IMG/VR virus record: IMGVR_UViG_3300020414_000003
Reading direction: 5' to 3' (one strand)
From: a virus
Length of the DNA stretch: 36,619 bases
Shown: positions 1 through 9,443 of the stretch, piece by piece
Numbering within the stretch: position 1 is the first letter of the stretch
Layout: each line of letters opens with the position of its first letter
The notes under the pieces: generated by a model
Told to the model about the DNA's origin: nothing
Database searches by the model: none
What the model saw: only the letters and a program-made list of their open reading frames with translations
Program-made: the position numbers and the translations under genes

Positions 1-77
1 GAACATGGGTTGAAACCAAAGAAAGTAGTTTCATTTGTATTATTTACAGACCTAAAAAATATTTTATAGCTTACAGA
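1..77. repeat. Terminal direct repeat copy 1 (identical to 36543-36619); overlap of a circular assembly
   Basis: 1-77 matches the last 77 nt base for base. A minus-strand ORF stays in frame across the joined ends. Confidence 0.95.
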
Positions 78-452
78 ACTTGTGCTTGAGGGTGAGTCTA
101 ATAAAGTATAGCTTTGATATCCTTTAAATATAACTTCATTATTATTACCTCTTTCTGCAATCCCACCAAATCTTCTACCAGTTCCATCTAAAGATGATGA
201 ATCCCTATAAATTTTAAATTCACCTTCTGCATGATCATTAGATGCGTTTTCAATTTGACAATAAATAGATGTTTGAATTAATACTTTGTTAGATGTAGAT
301 GTTGGAGTTATAGAAGCAGAAATACCACTATCACTAAAACTTGTGCTAGTAGTTGTTTGGTTTGATGTAAAATTAGTTGTTACCACTTGACCAATCATTG
401 GAAACTGAGTTCCGTCTAGCTTTTGTAGATTTGTAACTTTTAATGTACTCAT
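1..452 (-). CDS. Fibre-tip / receptor-binding paralogue P3. It spans the junction: 150 codons here, last 9 codons plus stop at 36542-36515, 159 aa in total
   Basis: ATG 452-450 overlaps the upstream TGA (ATGA). Hand translation gives MSTLKVTNLQKLDGTQFPMIGQVV..SASITPTSTSNKVLI..LLDSPSSTSSVSYK..ITLMEVLV*. This parallels the 449-910 product motif for motif. Confidence 0.85.
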   Translation of the reverse strand, partial: MSTLKVTNLQKLDGTQFPMIGQVVTTNFTSNQTTTSTSFSDSGISASITPTSTSNKVLIQTSIYCQIENASNDHAEGEFKIYRDSSSLDGTGRRFGGIAERGNNNEVIFKGYQSYTLLDSPSSTSSVSYKIFFRSVNNTNETTFFGFNPC

Positions 453-910
453 GCTAGTACCTCCATTAATGTTATTGTGCTTTTAATACTATTATGTTGA
501 ACTTCTGTCGTACCATAGGCTTCTCTAGCTTGTGTTTTAAAAGTAAGAGAACTAGTGCTTGAAGGACTGTCTAAATATTGAATAGGATACCAATCTCTTA
601 CATTACTTGTTCCAGTTTGAAATCTTGCATAATGTATTGGTTGGTCAAAAATTGTAGTAGAATCTCTAAGTATTCTTATAGTTAGACCAGCATCGCCACC
701 GTCCATATATATACTTTGAACTACTGATATTAATATCTTGCTTGAAGATGATGAAGGTGTAATAGATGCAGTTAATCCTGTATCAACATAACCTGATGTA
801 TTTAATGATACTGTACTACTAGCAATACTTTGAACCACTTGACCTATCTTACCTAATGGGAATGTACTCCCATCTCTTTTTTGTAGTGTATCTACTTGAA
901 TTATACTCAT
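449..910 (-). CDS. Fibre-tip / receptor-binding paralogue P4 (153 aa)
   Basis: Motifs MSIIQVDTLQKRDGSTFPLGKIGQVV, ITPSSSSSKILI, YLDSPSSTSS and C-terminal ITLMEVLA. It is a paralogue of the junction-spanning ORF and of 35446-35985, and is coupled to both neighbours. Confidence 0.85.
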   Translation of the reverse strand: MSIIQVDTLQKRDGSTFPLGKIGQVVQSIASSTVSLNTSGYVDTGLTASITPSSSSSKILISVVQSIYMDGGDAGLTIRILRDSTTIFDQPIHYARFQTGTSNVRDWYPIQYLDSPSSTSSLTFKTQAREAYGTTEVQHNSIKSTITLMEVLA

Positions 911-1359
911 ATTATTACAAAACTACTTCCTGAAGGTATTGTTAGTGTGCCTGATATTGTGATCGTACCTACAGCCATCGCATTTTTGCCAGAAGCAATA
1001 GACACATTGTTAAATGTCTGACCATTAGTCATAAAGAATGTAGAGGATAGACTTGATGATGATACTGTTCCGTCAGTCGGTGTACCTACATCTCTGCTAT
1101 CTCCTAAGACTCTACCACTAAAGTTATCTGTCGATAGGGGAGCAGAACTAAATGTTATCTGTGATCCACTAATCGTGTAAGCAGAGGTGTATTGCACGAC
1201 ACCTGAGATAGAGATAATTGCGTTAGCATCTGTCTGAGGTGTAACAGCAGTACCACCTGATGTTAAATTAAATGTTACATTTGATCCATTAAAGCTAGAG
1301 GATATATCGTCTAGTTCAATATAGTTGCCTATGGTAGGACTTTTACCTATGTATGCCAT
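907..1359 (-). CDS. Tail-fibre-like protein, MAYIG N-terminal family (150 aa)
   Basis: The N-terminus MAYIGKSPTIGNY is shared with the 2910-3725 product (MAYIGNIPAEKY). Composition is S/T/G-rich and beta-type, with overlapping stop/start to neighbours. Confidence 0.7.
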   Translation of the reverse strand: MAYIGKSPTIGNYIELDDISSSFNGSNVTFNLTSGGTAVTPQTDANAIISISGVVQYTSAYTISGSQITFSSAPLSTDNFSGRVLGDSRDVGTPTDGTVSSSSLSSTFFMTNGQTFNNVSIASGKNAMAVGTITISGTLTIPSGSSFVII

Positions 1360-1541
1360 TACTCACCACCCCCATTATCTGTAATTGTGTTTCCTTCTGC
1401 TACCCATTCTAGTATTTCTTGGTAGTGTCGGTTTGCTTCATCAATAGGAACAGAAATTGTAACTCCATTAATGATTGCTATAATTGCAAAGTTTTTGTTA
1501 CTATCTTCATCAAAAACATATTGTGCTGATGTAATATTCAT
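1359..1541 (-). CDS. Small fibre-locus protein (60 aa), possible fibre assembly factor
   Basis: ORF coupled on both sides. The motif VPIDEANRHYQEILEWVAEGNTI recalls small ORFs next to fibres in marine phages (unverified recollection). Confidence 0.5.
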   Translation of the reverse strand: MNITSAQYVFDEDSNKNFAIIAIINGVTISVPIDEANRHYQEILEWVAEGNTITDNGGGE

Positions 1542-1544
1542 TTT

Positions 1545-2642
1545 TTATAACTCCGAGTCTATGTCAAAATAAGTCATGTTTTGAACTGCAATATTATAAA
1601 CTTCATTATCAGTAAGACCTGAGTATCCATCTACTTCAAGAGCCAAAGCAGTTCCAAAAACATCATAATATAAAACTGAGGGTACGTTATTAGTATTTCC
1701 TACCATTCCACTATCACCAAAAAGTCTCCAGTTACCTGATTGTGAAATGGAAGGTGTGGCTCTCATTGGAACATTAAGATAAAAATTAAAACGAGCAGCA
1801 TCTGTTCCTTGCCCTTTTGCAGGATAACAATGATAATCGCCACTTGCATTTCTATAGGTTCTAAGAAAATATCTTTGACATCTTTTTAAATTCACATCAA
1901 AAGGTAAGAACTCAAAATCACTAGCAGTTGTACCGACCTCTAATTGTACTCCTGTGATGTACCATTCGTTAGATGTACTGTCGGCTAGGTTTACTTGACC
2001 GACTGCTCTGTTAGCATCTGTTCTTGCTCCCCAAGATGTTTGTAAAGTTCCAGAGGACATATTTGTACCCACTGCTAAATACCAAGTACATTGTATGCTA
2101 ACTGCATTATCATTACCTAAAGTTCCAGTTGTATCTCCAGCAAAAGTAATTGTTTTCTTTTCCCAAGTATTAGCACTGCTAATTGTGTATGATTTATTTA
2201 TATGTCTGGAATTATCGTGGTCAAATAATTCACAAATATAAGTTCCTGTTTTGTTAGATTTAACCCAAAAAGATAATGTTGTGCTTTCAGCAGATGATGT
2301 TCCTTTTTTTAACATCTGAAGCATTTGACCTTCTAATTTTGTACGAAATATAAACTCTGAGCCTGATGCCAAACTACTATTAGCTGTTGTACAATCTAAC
2401 TTAGTTGAATTAGCAAACCCTTGACCAGTAGGTGTATCTGTTGATTGAGAAATTGTCCAAGTTCCAGCATTAGAAATATATCTTGAAAACCTATCTACAG
2501 TGTCAAATGCACCTCCACCTGATATACTAGAAACAGAAGTACCCCTCTGTGCAATAGACATATCACCATTGATGATGAGGTTACGGAAGTTTACCCCTTG
2601 ATCTGAACTTAATCCTGATGTTGGTATTGTTGATATTGGCAT
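1545..2642 (-). CDS. Tail fibre / receptor-binding protein (365 aa)
   Basis: The motifs FRNLIINGDMSIAQRG and WYITGVQLEVGTTASDFEF are ones I recognise from fibre/structural proteins of marine podoviruses. It lies in the fibre locus. Confidence 0.65.
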   Translation of the reverse strand: MPISTIPTSGLSSDQGVNFRNLIINGDMSIAQRGTSVSSISGGGAFDTVDRFSRYISNAGTWTISQSTDTPTGQGFANSTKLDCTTANSSLASGSEFIFRTKLEGQMLQMLKKGTSSAESTTLSFWVKSNKTGTYICELFDHDNSRHINKSYTISSANTWEKKTITFAGDTTGTLGNDNAVSIQCTWYLAVGTNMSSGTLQTSWGARTDANRAVGQVNLADSTSNEWYITGVQLEVGTTASDFEFLPFDVNLKRCQRYFLRTYRNASGDYHCYPAKGQGTDAARFNFYLNVPMRATPSISQSGNWRLFGDSGMVGNTNNVPSVLYYDVFGTALALEVDGYSGLTDNEVYNIAVQNMTYFDIDSEL

Positions 2643-2908
2643 TATATTCCGAAAGCCTCCTTAATTTCATCTACTGTTAATCCTAAGTCTTGGAGTTTTT
2701 GTTTAGCAGATGCTTTTTTATCATCAGCATCTATATTTGCTTGAGCAATTTGTTCTTTTTGTGCTTTGACTTCATCAGTAATATCAAAACTTCCATCTTC
2801 TTTTTTTATCATTTCAGCACAAACATTATCGCTTACTTCTTCCCACCCCTCTACTTTTTGATATGAAATCATTTTAACTATATTATTTTCTATTAATGCG
2901 TATTTCAT
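2642..2908 (-). CDS. Small acidic protein (88 aa), possible fibre chaperone
   Basis: Starts MKYALIENNIV and ends KLQDLGLTVDEIKEAFGI. It sits between two fibre genes with a 1-nt overlap. The function is inferred from context only. Confidence 0.45.
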   Translation of the reverse strand: MKYALIENNIVKMISYQKVEGWEEVSDNVCAEMIKKEDGSFDITDEVKAQKEQIAQANIDADDKKASAKQKLQDLGLTVDEIKEAFGI

Positions 2909-2909
2909 T

Positions 2910-3725
2910 TTATGCTACCTTCCAAATTTGCACATCTGTATATACATTTGTTCTACTATCTGCTGTATTAATACCAAGACCAACATTGGAAGCCACTTTT
3001 TCTGTATAATGTCTAATTTCAAAAGTTTTTGAAGAAGAAATAGTAAATCTTCCTTTTACAAAAGATGGGGATAAAACTTGCGAAGTATCATTACTAAATC
3101 CACTAGTACCTAAAATTACAACACTACTATCACTTGTGTTATACAAAAATAATCGGTGCATATCTGTTTCATAAGCAAAAGCCACCGATTGAATATAATA
3201 TGTTCCACTAGGCAAAGTTATTTGATTACTAGATAAACTAGCACTTGTTATTTCGTTTGTAACTACAGTATTTAAAACTCTAGTTTGATCTCCTACACTA
3301 TTTGTACCACCAGCCGTTCCTGTAGATTTTTCATCTCTAACATGAAGAAGTTGTGTTCCAAAAGTTGGAGGAGTAGATAATTTTGAATTAGGAATACTAC
3401 CAGCTAATTTACTTTGGTCAATAGAACCAGCTAACATATCATTAGTTACTGATCCTGTGGCTGGAGCAATAGTTTCTACTGCTCTACCTAAGAACACTGC
3501 ATACATAGTATCTGAACTCGTAATTGCAGAGGATAGGGTTAGTGTTGTACCTGATACAGTATAAGCATCATTTGGATTTTGCCTGACATTGTTAATGAAC
3601 AAAGCTAAATCTTGTGGGTTCGTAACAGAATAACTTAGTGTATAGGTATCAGTAGCAGATGTAGTAAAACTCTGTTTTTGTAGAGTTTGATATTTTTCTG
3701 CTGGTATATTTCCGATATAAGCCAT
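2910..3725 (-). CDS. Tail-fibre-like protein, MAYIG family (271 aa)
   Basis: N-terminus MAYIGNIPAEKYQTLQKQSF. The C-terminal beta-rich tip (ITLPSGTYYIQSVAF..) looks TNF/C1q-like. Confidence 0.65.
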   Translation of the reverse strand: MAYIGNIPAEKYQTLQKQSFTTSATDTYTLSYSVTNPQDLALFINNVRQNPNDAYTVSGTTLTLSSAITSSDTMYAVFLGRAVETIAPATGSVTNDMLAGSIDQSKLAGSIPNSKLSTPPTFGTQLLHVRDEKSTGTAGGTNSVGDQTRVLNTVVTNEITSASLSSNQITLPSGTYYIQSVAFAYETDMHRLFLYNTSDSSVVILGTSGFSNDTSQVLSPSFVKGRFTISSSKTFEIRHYTEKVASNVGLGINTADSRTNVYTDVQIWKVA

Positions 3726-3733
3726 TCTATCTC

Positions 3734-4069
3734 CTATGTGCTAATGCTATCTACATAACTAACAAGAACATCAACTGCACTAGCTGTATCTGCGTATGCT
3801 TTTACCACATCGCCTGTTTGTATTACGATCTTAGAACCTGAGTCGATTAACTCTAGTGAGCCACCGACAGGAACTGGTGCATCTTTAATTACATTGTAGG
3901 TTGTTCCACCTGATGCAATTACAACTGATACATTTACTAATGCTGTGTGTTTGTTTACTAATCTAATCGAGATCAATGCGTCATCAGAGTTTGAAGTGAC
4001 CAATGTTGTTGGCGATCCTGATGAGTTTGAAATCGAACTAGCGTATGATCTTTCAAAATCTTGAGCCAT
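3734..4069 (-). CDS. Small beta-rich fibre-associated structural protein (111 aa)
   Basis: ORF immediately downstream of the long fibre gene, with S/T/V-rich composition. No family is assigned with confidence. Confidence 0.5.
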   Translation of the reverse strand: MAQDFERSYASSISNSSGSPTTLVTSNSDDALISIRLVNKHTALVNVSVVIASGGTTYNVIKDAPVPVGGSLELIDSGSKIVIQTGDVVKAYADTASAVDVLVSYVDSIST

Positions 4070-4078
4070 TGTTTCTCC

Positions 4079-6109
4079 TTATAAAGCTATTGCCATCGCT
4101 ACTGCAAAACCAGCACCAGCTTTAGCGTCTATTTGTGTTTGTATTGATGAGGTTACTCCATCGAGAAACCCATATTCTGTATCAGAAACATTTGAGTTGC
4201 CACCAATCTTCGTAGCACTAATTCTGTTTACATCTAGTGTGATATTACCAGCAGATGTCACTGGTGATCCTGATATAGAAAATTCTGAGCCTGACTGTGT
4301 TAAGCCAATGCTTGTGACTGTACCTGTATTAGATGGGGTAACTTGAGTATAGGTAATGTTTGTAGAACCTAATGAGCCATCACTGTCTGTAGTACAGAGA
4401 AATATTTTATTATCGTTAGTTGATCCTTGATTGACAACAACCATACCACCACTTAACTCAGCGATTGTATCGTGTTCAGGATCTCTTGAAGCCGCACCAC
4501 TTGATACTGCTAGATATAAACCATTCTCAGTAGCTGTAGATTGGTCTTTGACTAAGACTCGATCACCAGCAACAAGAGTTACACCATCGATTGTGTCACC
4601 AGCTTCTAATCCATTAGATAGATTGACATTGGCTGTAGTTGCTACTTCAGCTATTGTTCTTGTTCTCAAACCAGCAACTGCATCATCAACATAAGACTTA
4701 ATCGCTACATCTGAGTTATTAGAAGGTGTCGATAATCCTGTAATCGTACCACCACTAATGCTGACAGTAGCAGAATTTTGAACTGCCATTGTGCCAAGAC
4801 CTAAGTTTGATCTTGCTGTAGAAGCTGAAGCTAAGTCAGATAAGTTTGAAGCCTTTGCTACTTTACTATCTAATTGTGTTTGAGCATTAGAAGATAGGGT
4901 ATTGATAAATTGAAACTCTGCATTTGTAACAGATCCATCAGCAACCTTTGTAGCATCAATTCCTGTACCTATTTGAGAATTAGAGACAGTTCCTGTTAAG
5001 GCACTTGCTGGATAACTAGTTGCATCTTGTAAGTCAAAAGCTGGAGTTGCATCAGAAGCACCAAGAGCTAGAGATACACCACCATAACTTACAGTAGAGT
5101 TAGCAAGACTTGAGTTTGCTATGTTTGATAGTGTGTTAGAAGAACCACTAATAGTTTTGTTAGTTAGTGTTTGTGATCCTGTAAGTGTAGCTACAGTAGA
5201 GTCTATCGCAAAAGTTACATTGTTGCCTGATGCTGTAGAGTCAATACCAGTGCCACCTAATAAGCCAAGTGTTTCACTATCTAGGTCAATAGCTATTGTG
5301 CTAGATCCGTCAGAAATATCTAAGTCTTGAGCTGTTAATTGTGAGTCTACATAAGCCTTAATAGATTGCTGTGAGGCAACCGCAGTTGCACTATCAGAGG
5401 ACATATCATCTTCATCTTTAAATGCAGTACCTGATATTGATGTGTTAAGGACAGGGCTGGTAAGTGTTTTGTTTGTAAGTGTTTCAGATCCAGCTAATGT
5501 GGCAAAGTCATTATCAGATAATGCTGTGTTAAATTGGGCAGTTGTTCCTGTAAGGGTGTTACTGCCTAGCGAGATAGACTTATTCGATAAGGTGACTGTG
5601 CCTGAAGTGACAAATGCTTTTGTGGATTGTTGTGAAGGAGGAAGTATAGCACTATCACTCGCCATGTTATCTTCATCGACAACAGGATTAGCTGGATTTG
5701 TAAACACTGAACCGACATATACAGAGACTGTGGTATCGCCTGAATTGATAGATCCACTGTCAAAAGTGAAGGTTACTGTCGTGTTCGGTGAGGAAAATGA
5801 ACTTGTAGCAATTTTACCAAAGATTGTACCTGTGTTAGATCCTACAACTTTGACTCTACGACCTACATGATATGTAGATGTGATGTTAGCCGCAACTGTA
5901 ATACTGGTAGCAGAGGCTCTCGTAAAGGTAGTAGTGCCATCACCATCACCTAATAAGAACCATTCTTTGTCGTTCCATACGGATCTGACATCTTTAAGTT
6001 GTTCTCTAATAGCGTTATTAACGTCAGAGGGTGACATACCCTCAGATATATTAACTCCGTTGATAGCTGTATTACTACTAGCTGTCGTGCTGTAACTTGA
6101 TACTGTCAT
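4079..6109 (-). CDS. Long tail fibre (676 aa)
   Basis: N-terminal [17 protein letters not shown] and repeated (S/T)LTNK(T/S)(I/L) units. The C-terminal [32 protein letters not shown] motif is typical of phage fibre or tailspike ends. Confidence 0.8.
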   Translation of the reverse strand: MTVSSYSTTASSNTAINGVNISEGMSPSDVNNAIREQLKDVRSVWNDKEWFLLGDGDGTTTFTRASATSITVAANITSTYHVGRRVKVVGSNTGTIFGKIATSSFSSPNTTVTFTFDSGSINSGDTTVSVYVGSVFTNPANPVVDEDNMASDSAILPPSQQSTKAFVTSGTVTLSNKSISLGSNTLTGTTAQFNTALSDNDFATLAGSETLTNKTLTSPVLNTSISGTAFKDEDDMSSDSATAVASQQSIKAYVDSQLTAQDLDISDGSSTIAIDLDSETLGLLGGTGIDSTASGNNVTFAIDSTVATLTGSQTLTNKTISGSSNTLSNIANSSLANSTVSYGGVSLALGASDATPAFDLQDATSYPASALTGTVSNSQIGTGIDATKVADGSVTNAEFQFINTLSSNAQTQLDSKVAKASNLSDLASASTARSNLGLGTMAVQNSATVSISGGTITGLSTPSNNSDVAIKSYVDDAVAGLRTRTIAEVATTANVNLSNGLEAGDTIDGVTLVAGDRVLVKDQSTATENGLYLAVSSGAASRDPEHDTIAELSGGMVVVNQGSTNDNKIFLCTTDSDGSLGSTNITYTQVTPSNTGTVTSIGLTQSGSEFSISGSPVTSAGNITLDVNRISATKIGGNSNVSDTEYGFLDGVTSSIQTQIDAKAGAGFAVAMAIAL

Positions 6110-8058
6110 TATTCTACTCCAAACTGTTTTCTCATTTTGTCTAAACTATCTTCAGATTTTGTGTTTCCGTTATCTGTTTTAATAAAAAACATATCTTTTT
6201 CAGGTATGTTTCCCTGTATTAAATCTGCTCTATTATCTTTGTACCATTTCTTCATTTCTATTAGATTATCTTTTTCTACTTCGTTTAATGTATCGTCACT
6301 TCTAAGAGAGGCATCAATTAAATTTAATGTAGCAAAATATCTGTTATATCTTGAAGATTTAGGATCTAATGCTGTTGTTGCTAATTTTAAATTTTTAGGA
6401 TTGTTTAAAAAATTACCAAAACTTCTAGCTGTAAATATTAAAGGCACTGCAACAAAAGGATTTGCTCCTATTGATGTACCCATAGTAGCTGTTCCAAATA
6501 ATGATCCAACACCACCTAATGTTCCTCGTCTAACTAAAAACTGACTGAGGTCTGCAATTTTTTGATCTGCATGAAGTTTTGACACTTCTAGAAAATCCAT
6601 AAATTGTTGTGGGTTTACTTTTGATGTTTTTAATAATTCTTGTAATGTTTCGTTTTTAAATTGTTTTTTACCTGTAATGCCTAAAAAACTCTCTACTTTG
6701 TTAGGATCAAAACTTAATAAATCACCTTTAGTAACTGTTGCACTATTAAAAGCATCTTCAAGAACTTTTCTAGTTAATTTACTATATGAATCATCACCTA
6801 TTAGTTGTCTTAAATCAGCAAGGTCATTAGGAGATAAGTTCTTTTTAATAATTTTATCTGCTAATGCGTCAGGCGATATACTGCCAAATTTTGTATAACC
6901 AGTTTTAAAAATATTTGGATCTGCACTTTCAAACATTTTAGCACTTGGTTTTTGAAACAACTTAATACCATTTGCATAGAATTGTTTAGAATCTTCATAT
7001 CTTCTGACAAGTTTCTCTGCTTCTAATAATTGTTCATTGTTAAGATTTAAAGGGTTTACTTTCATAGCACCCTGACCTTTAGGTAATAAAACTTTTGAAA
7101 AACTATCTAGATCATTTTCCAGTGCTTTCTTTAAAACTTTTAATCTTTTTACATCATAGCCAGTTTTGACCAAAGATTCTAAATCTTTAACGATTGCTTC
7201 ATATCCATCTATTTTTAATGTACCATCTAACTTTGTTACTTTTTCTAAATAATCAAAAAAAGGATCTTTTCGTGGTGAGTCTATAGGTGACTTCATCACA
7301 TCATCAATTAATTTTTGTGCTTCACGCTTTACATTTGTAGTAGGTATAAAAGCTACATCTAATTTTTTTGCAGTGCCTTTCCACAGCTCATATCTTCTAT
7401 TAGCCATGCTTTTAAATGTATTGAATTTCTTTCCAGCATTTTTATACATTTCTATACCTAGATCACTTAATGAAGCATTAGGTGCGTATAAATTTAAAAG
7501 TTGATCTTTTTTATCTTCTATAGCTTTTGTTCTTTTAGCGATAGTTTTAGAAAAGGGCGATCTAACAAATGGAAAGATACCAACAACTCTTTTGTATAAA
7601 TTTGCTACTTTAGCATCAGGTACATCAGATATACCAAAAGGTATTCCTGTTCTTTCAGATACTTTTGCTACAGCTTCTCTTGATTGTTTTGATCCACCAA
7701 ACAATTTAGCAAAAAGAGGTTTAATAGCTGGTACTTTAGCAAATATAGTTTGCCAAGTAGCTTCAGTTTTAAAATCTGATCCTAGTCTATCCCATTGTTT
7801 TTTTGCTGATAACTCATCACCTTGAAGTAAACTTTTTACAATATCATTAACTTGTCCAGCACCTGTAGCTCCAAGAACAGCACCAGTAGTAGCACCAATT
7901 AAGCCTCCAGCAATTTTTAATGGAGGAGGAACTGGTAACATAAGACCAGTTTTTGCACCTTGTGTTGCACCAGCAATACTACCTAAAATTCCACCAGTTG
8001 CTTTTGATGTTTCTCTATCCATCAAACTACCTACAAAGGCATCTAAATATTTACTCAA
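6109..8058 (-). CDS. Internal virion / ejection protein (649 aa)
   Basis: Occupies the T7 gp15/gp16-equivalent position. It has Gly-zipper hydrophobic stretches (GGILGSIAGATQGAKTGL, GGLIGATTGAVLGATGAG, GGVGSLFGTATMGTSIGA) and is otherwise K/E-rich and helical. Confidence 0.55.
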   Translation of the reverse strand: MSKYLDAFVGSLMDRETSKATGGILGSIAGATQGAKTGLMLPVPPPLKIAGGLIGATTGAVLGATGAGQVNDIVKSLLQGDELSAKKQWDRLGSDFKTEATWQTIFAKVPAIKPLFAKLFGGSKQSREAVAKVSERTGIPFGISDVPDAKVANLYKRVVGIFPFVRSPFSKTIAKRTKAIEDKKDQLLNLYAPNASLSDLGIEMYKNAGKKFNTFKSMANRRYELWKGTAKKLDVAFIPTTNVKREAQKLIDDVMKSPIDSPRKDPFFDYLEKVTKLDGTLKIDGYEAIVKDLESLVKTGYDVKRLKVLKKALENDLDSFSKVLLPKGQGAMKVNPLNLNNEQLLEAEKLVRRYEDSKQFYANGIKLFQKPSAKMFESADPNIFKTGYTKFGSISPDALADKIIKKNLSPNDLADLRQLIGDDSYSKLTRKVLEDAFNSATVTKGDLLSFDPNKVESFLGITGKKQFKNETLQELLKTSKVNPQQFMDFLEVSKLHADQKIADLSQFLVRRGTLGGVGSLFGTATMGTSIGANPFVAVPLIFTARSFGNFLNNPKNLKLATTALDPKSSRYNRYFATLNLIDASLRSDDTLNEVEKDNLIEMKKWYKDNRADLIQGNIPEKDMFFIKTDNGNTKSEDSLDKMRKQFGVE

Positions 8059-8060
8059 TG

Positions 8061-9443
8061 TTAGTCTCCTGTATAAATAAATTGTGAATAATCAATGACA
8101 TCTATGTTGATTCTTCGTTGAGCATCATTTGTGCTTAATGCTATTTCTTCTATTGCTGAATTAACTCTATCTAAAACTCCTTTAGCACCACCTAACATAC
8201 CTGTAATGTTTAGTTCGTCTTTGGCTCTCTCTACATCTTTTGCTTTTACTTCGTAGCTACCACTTTTATAACCACGAACAGTGGCTAAACTGTAAGCTAA
8301 TTGATTTTCCAAGTTTGCTAATTTTGAAATAGATTCTTTTTGAAACTGGTCTAAAAATGGTAAACCTAAACCTATACTTTCTAAAGTGCCACCAGTTGAT
8401 TTTGCAAGTTGTTGTAATGATCCCATAGTTCCAGCTATGTTTGGATCTGCTAAAATCAATTTTCTTAATTCATCACCAGCTTGTATACCTTTGTTACCAG
8501 CTTGAGCAATTTTAATACCATCATCATATTCAACATCAGTAACAACTGATTCATTTGAAATATTACTCCAAAAATCATTATTATCGGTAATGCTTGGAGA
8601 TCCATCACCAGATGCTTGACTTGCCCTTTTAATATCACCAGTGCTTAAATTTTCTTGTCTAATAACAAATCCATTGTTTGCTAATTCAACAGCTCTTTTT
8701 GCATCTTCTTGATTATTTAAATCTAAAGAAAATTGTTTTGTTGGATCTTTAAGACTCTGAAAAGTAACATAACTTGGTTTAACAAATTCATCTTCTTTTT
8801 TTACATCAGGAAATACTAATTCTCCCTTTTTATCTCCATCTGTATATCTTAATCTATTATTTACATCTTTAGCTGTGCTAGGAATAAATTCATCTTTAAC
8901 ATTAGGAAATACTGGTTCACCTGTATCTAAAAATCTTAAAACTCCATTACGATCATTTTGTGTCTTTCTTTCTGCTACTGGTGCTTTATCAGTTGGGAAT
9001 ACTTGCTCTCCAGTATCAGTATATCGTAAAATTCCGTTTATATCTTCAGCAGTGTCTCTTTTTATTTCTGGTTTGTCATCTTTAAATACTTGTTCACCAG
9101 TGTCAGTATATCTTAATATACCTTTGCTATCCTCTGCTGTTTTTCTTTCAGGCTCTTTAAAAAACTCTGACAGTTTTGTAAGTGTGCCTAATTCAGCAAA
9201 TTCATTAGCTCGTCTTTGGCTTCTTAATTGATTAGCTTGATTCATAGCAACACCTAAAGACTGACCTAAGGAAGTAGGCATTGGTGAATAACCTGATTGT
9301 GCCAATAATCCCATACCAATATCTTGAGCATAAGGGGTTTTTACAAAGTTTAATAAACCTGCTTGATTTTGTTGAGGAACTAAAAGTTTTTGGAATTTAT
9401 TACCTATTGCTTGTTCTAATAAGGCTTTATATTGTTGTGACAT
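8061..9443 (-). CDS. Internal virion / ejection protein with four tandem 29-30-aa repeats (460 aa)
   Basis: Lies between two other ejection-type genes. Repeats of the form TAED..GILRYTDTGEQVF occupy residues ~101-218. Confidence 0.55.
   Translation of the reverse strand: MSQQYKALLEQAIGNKFQKLLVPQQNQAGLLNFVKTPYAQDIGMGLLAQSGYSPMPTSLGQSLGVAMNQANQLRSQRRANEFAELGTLTKLSEFFKEPERKTAEDSKGILRYTDTGEQVFKDDKPEIKRDTAEDINGILRYTDTGEQVFPTDKAPVAERKTQNDRNGVLRFLDTGEPVFPNVKDEFIPSTAKDVNNRLRYTDGDKKGELVFPDVKKEDEFVKPSYVTFQSLKDPTKQFSLDLNNQEDAKRAVELANNGFVIRQENLSTGDIKRASQASGDGSPSITDNNDFWSNISNESVVTDVEYDDGIKIAQAGNKGIQAGDELRKLILADPNIAGTMGSLQQLAKSTGGTLESIGLGLPFLDQFQKESISKLANLENQLAYSLATVRGYKSGSYEVKAKDVERAKDELNITGMLGGAKGVLDRVNSAIEEIALSTNDAQRRINIDVIDYSQFIYTGD
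8790..9143 (-). repeat. In-frame tandem coding repeat, 4 units of ~87-90 nt
   Basis: Nucleotide-level recurrence, e.g. aatacttgctctccagtatcagtatatcgtaaaattcc (~8998) against aatacttgttcaccagtgtcagtatatcttaatatacc (~9085). Peptide units are GILRYTDTGEQVF x2, GVLRFLDTGEPVF and RLRYTDGDKKGELVF. Confidence 0.85.

Noticed and set aside
1-77. The 77-nt repeat as a biological direct terminal repeat (T7-style)
   Set aside because: It falls in the middle of a coding sequence that reads in frame across the joint, and it has no flanking non-coding context. An assembler overlap of a circular contig is the simpler explanation. True physical ends cannot be inferred from the sequence.
4431-6095. Plus-strand ORFs 4431-4694, 5121-5330, 5442-5870 and 5880-6095 (up to 142 aa), plus the minus-strand 5566-5763
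   Set aside because: All lie inside the well-supported 676-aa fibre gene. They are antisense or off-frame shadows with S/V/L/P-rich low-complexity products, no ribosome-binding sites and no coupling to neighbours.
6137-7825. Plus-strand ORFs 6137-6544, 6677-6898 and 7592-7825
   Set aside because: They are antisense to the 649-aa ejection-protein gene. The open frames are explained by the K/E-rich codon bias of the sense strand.
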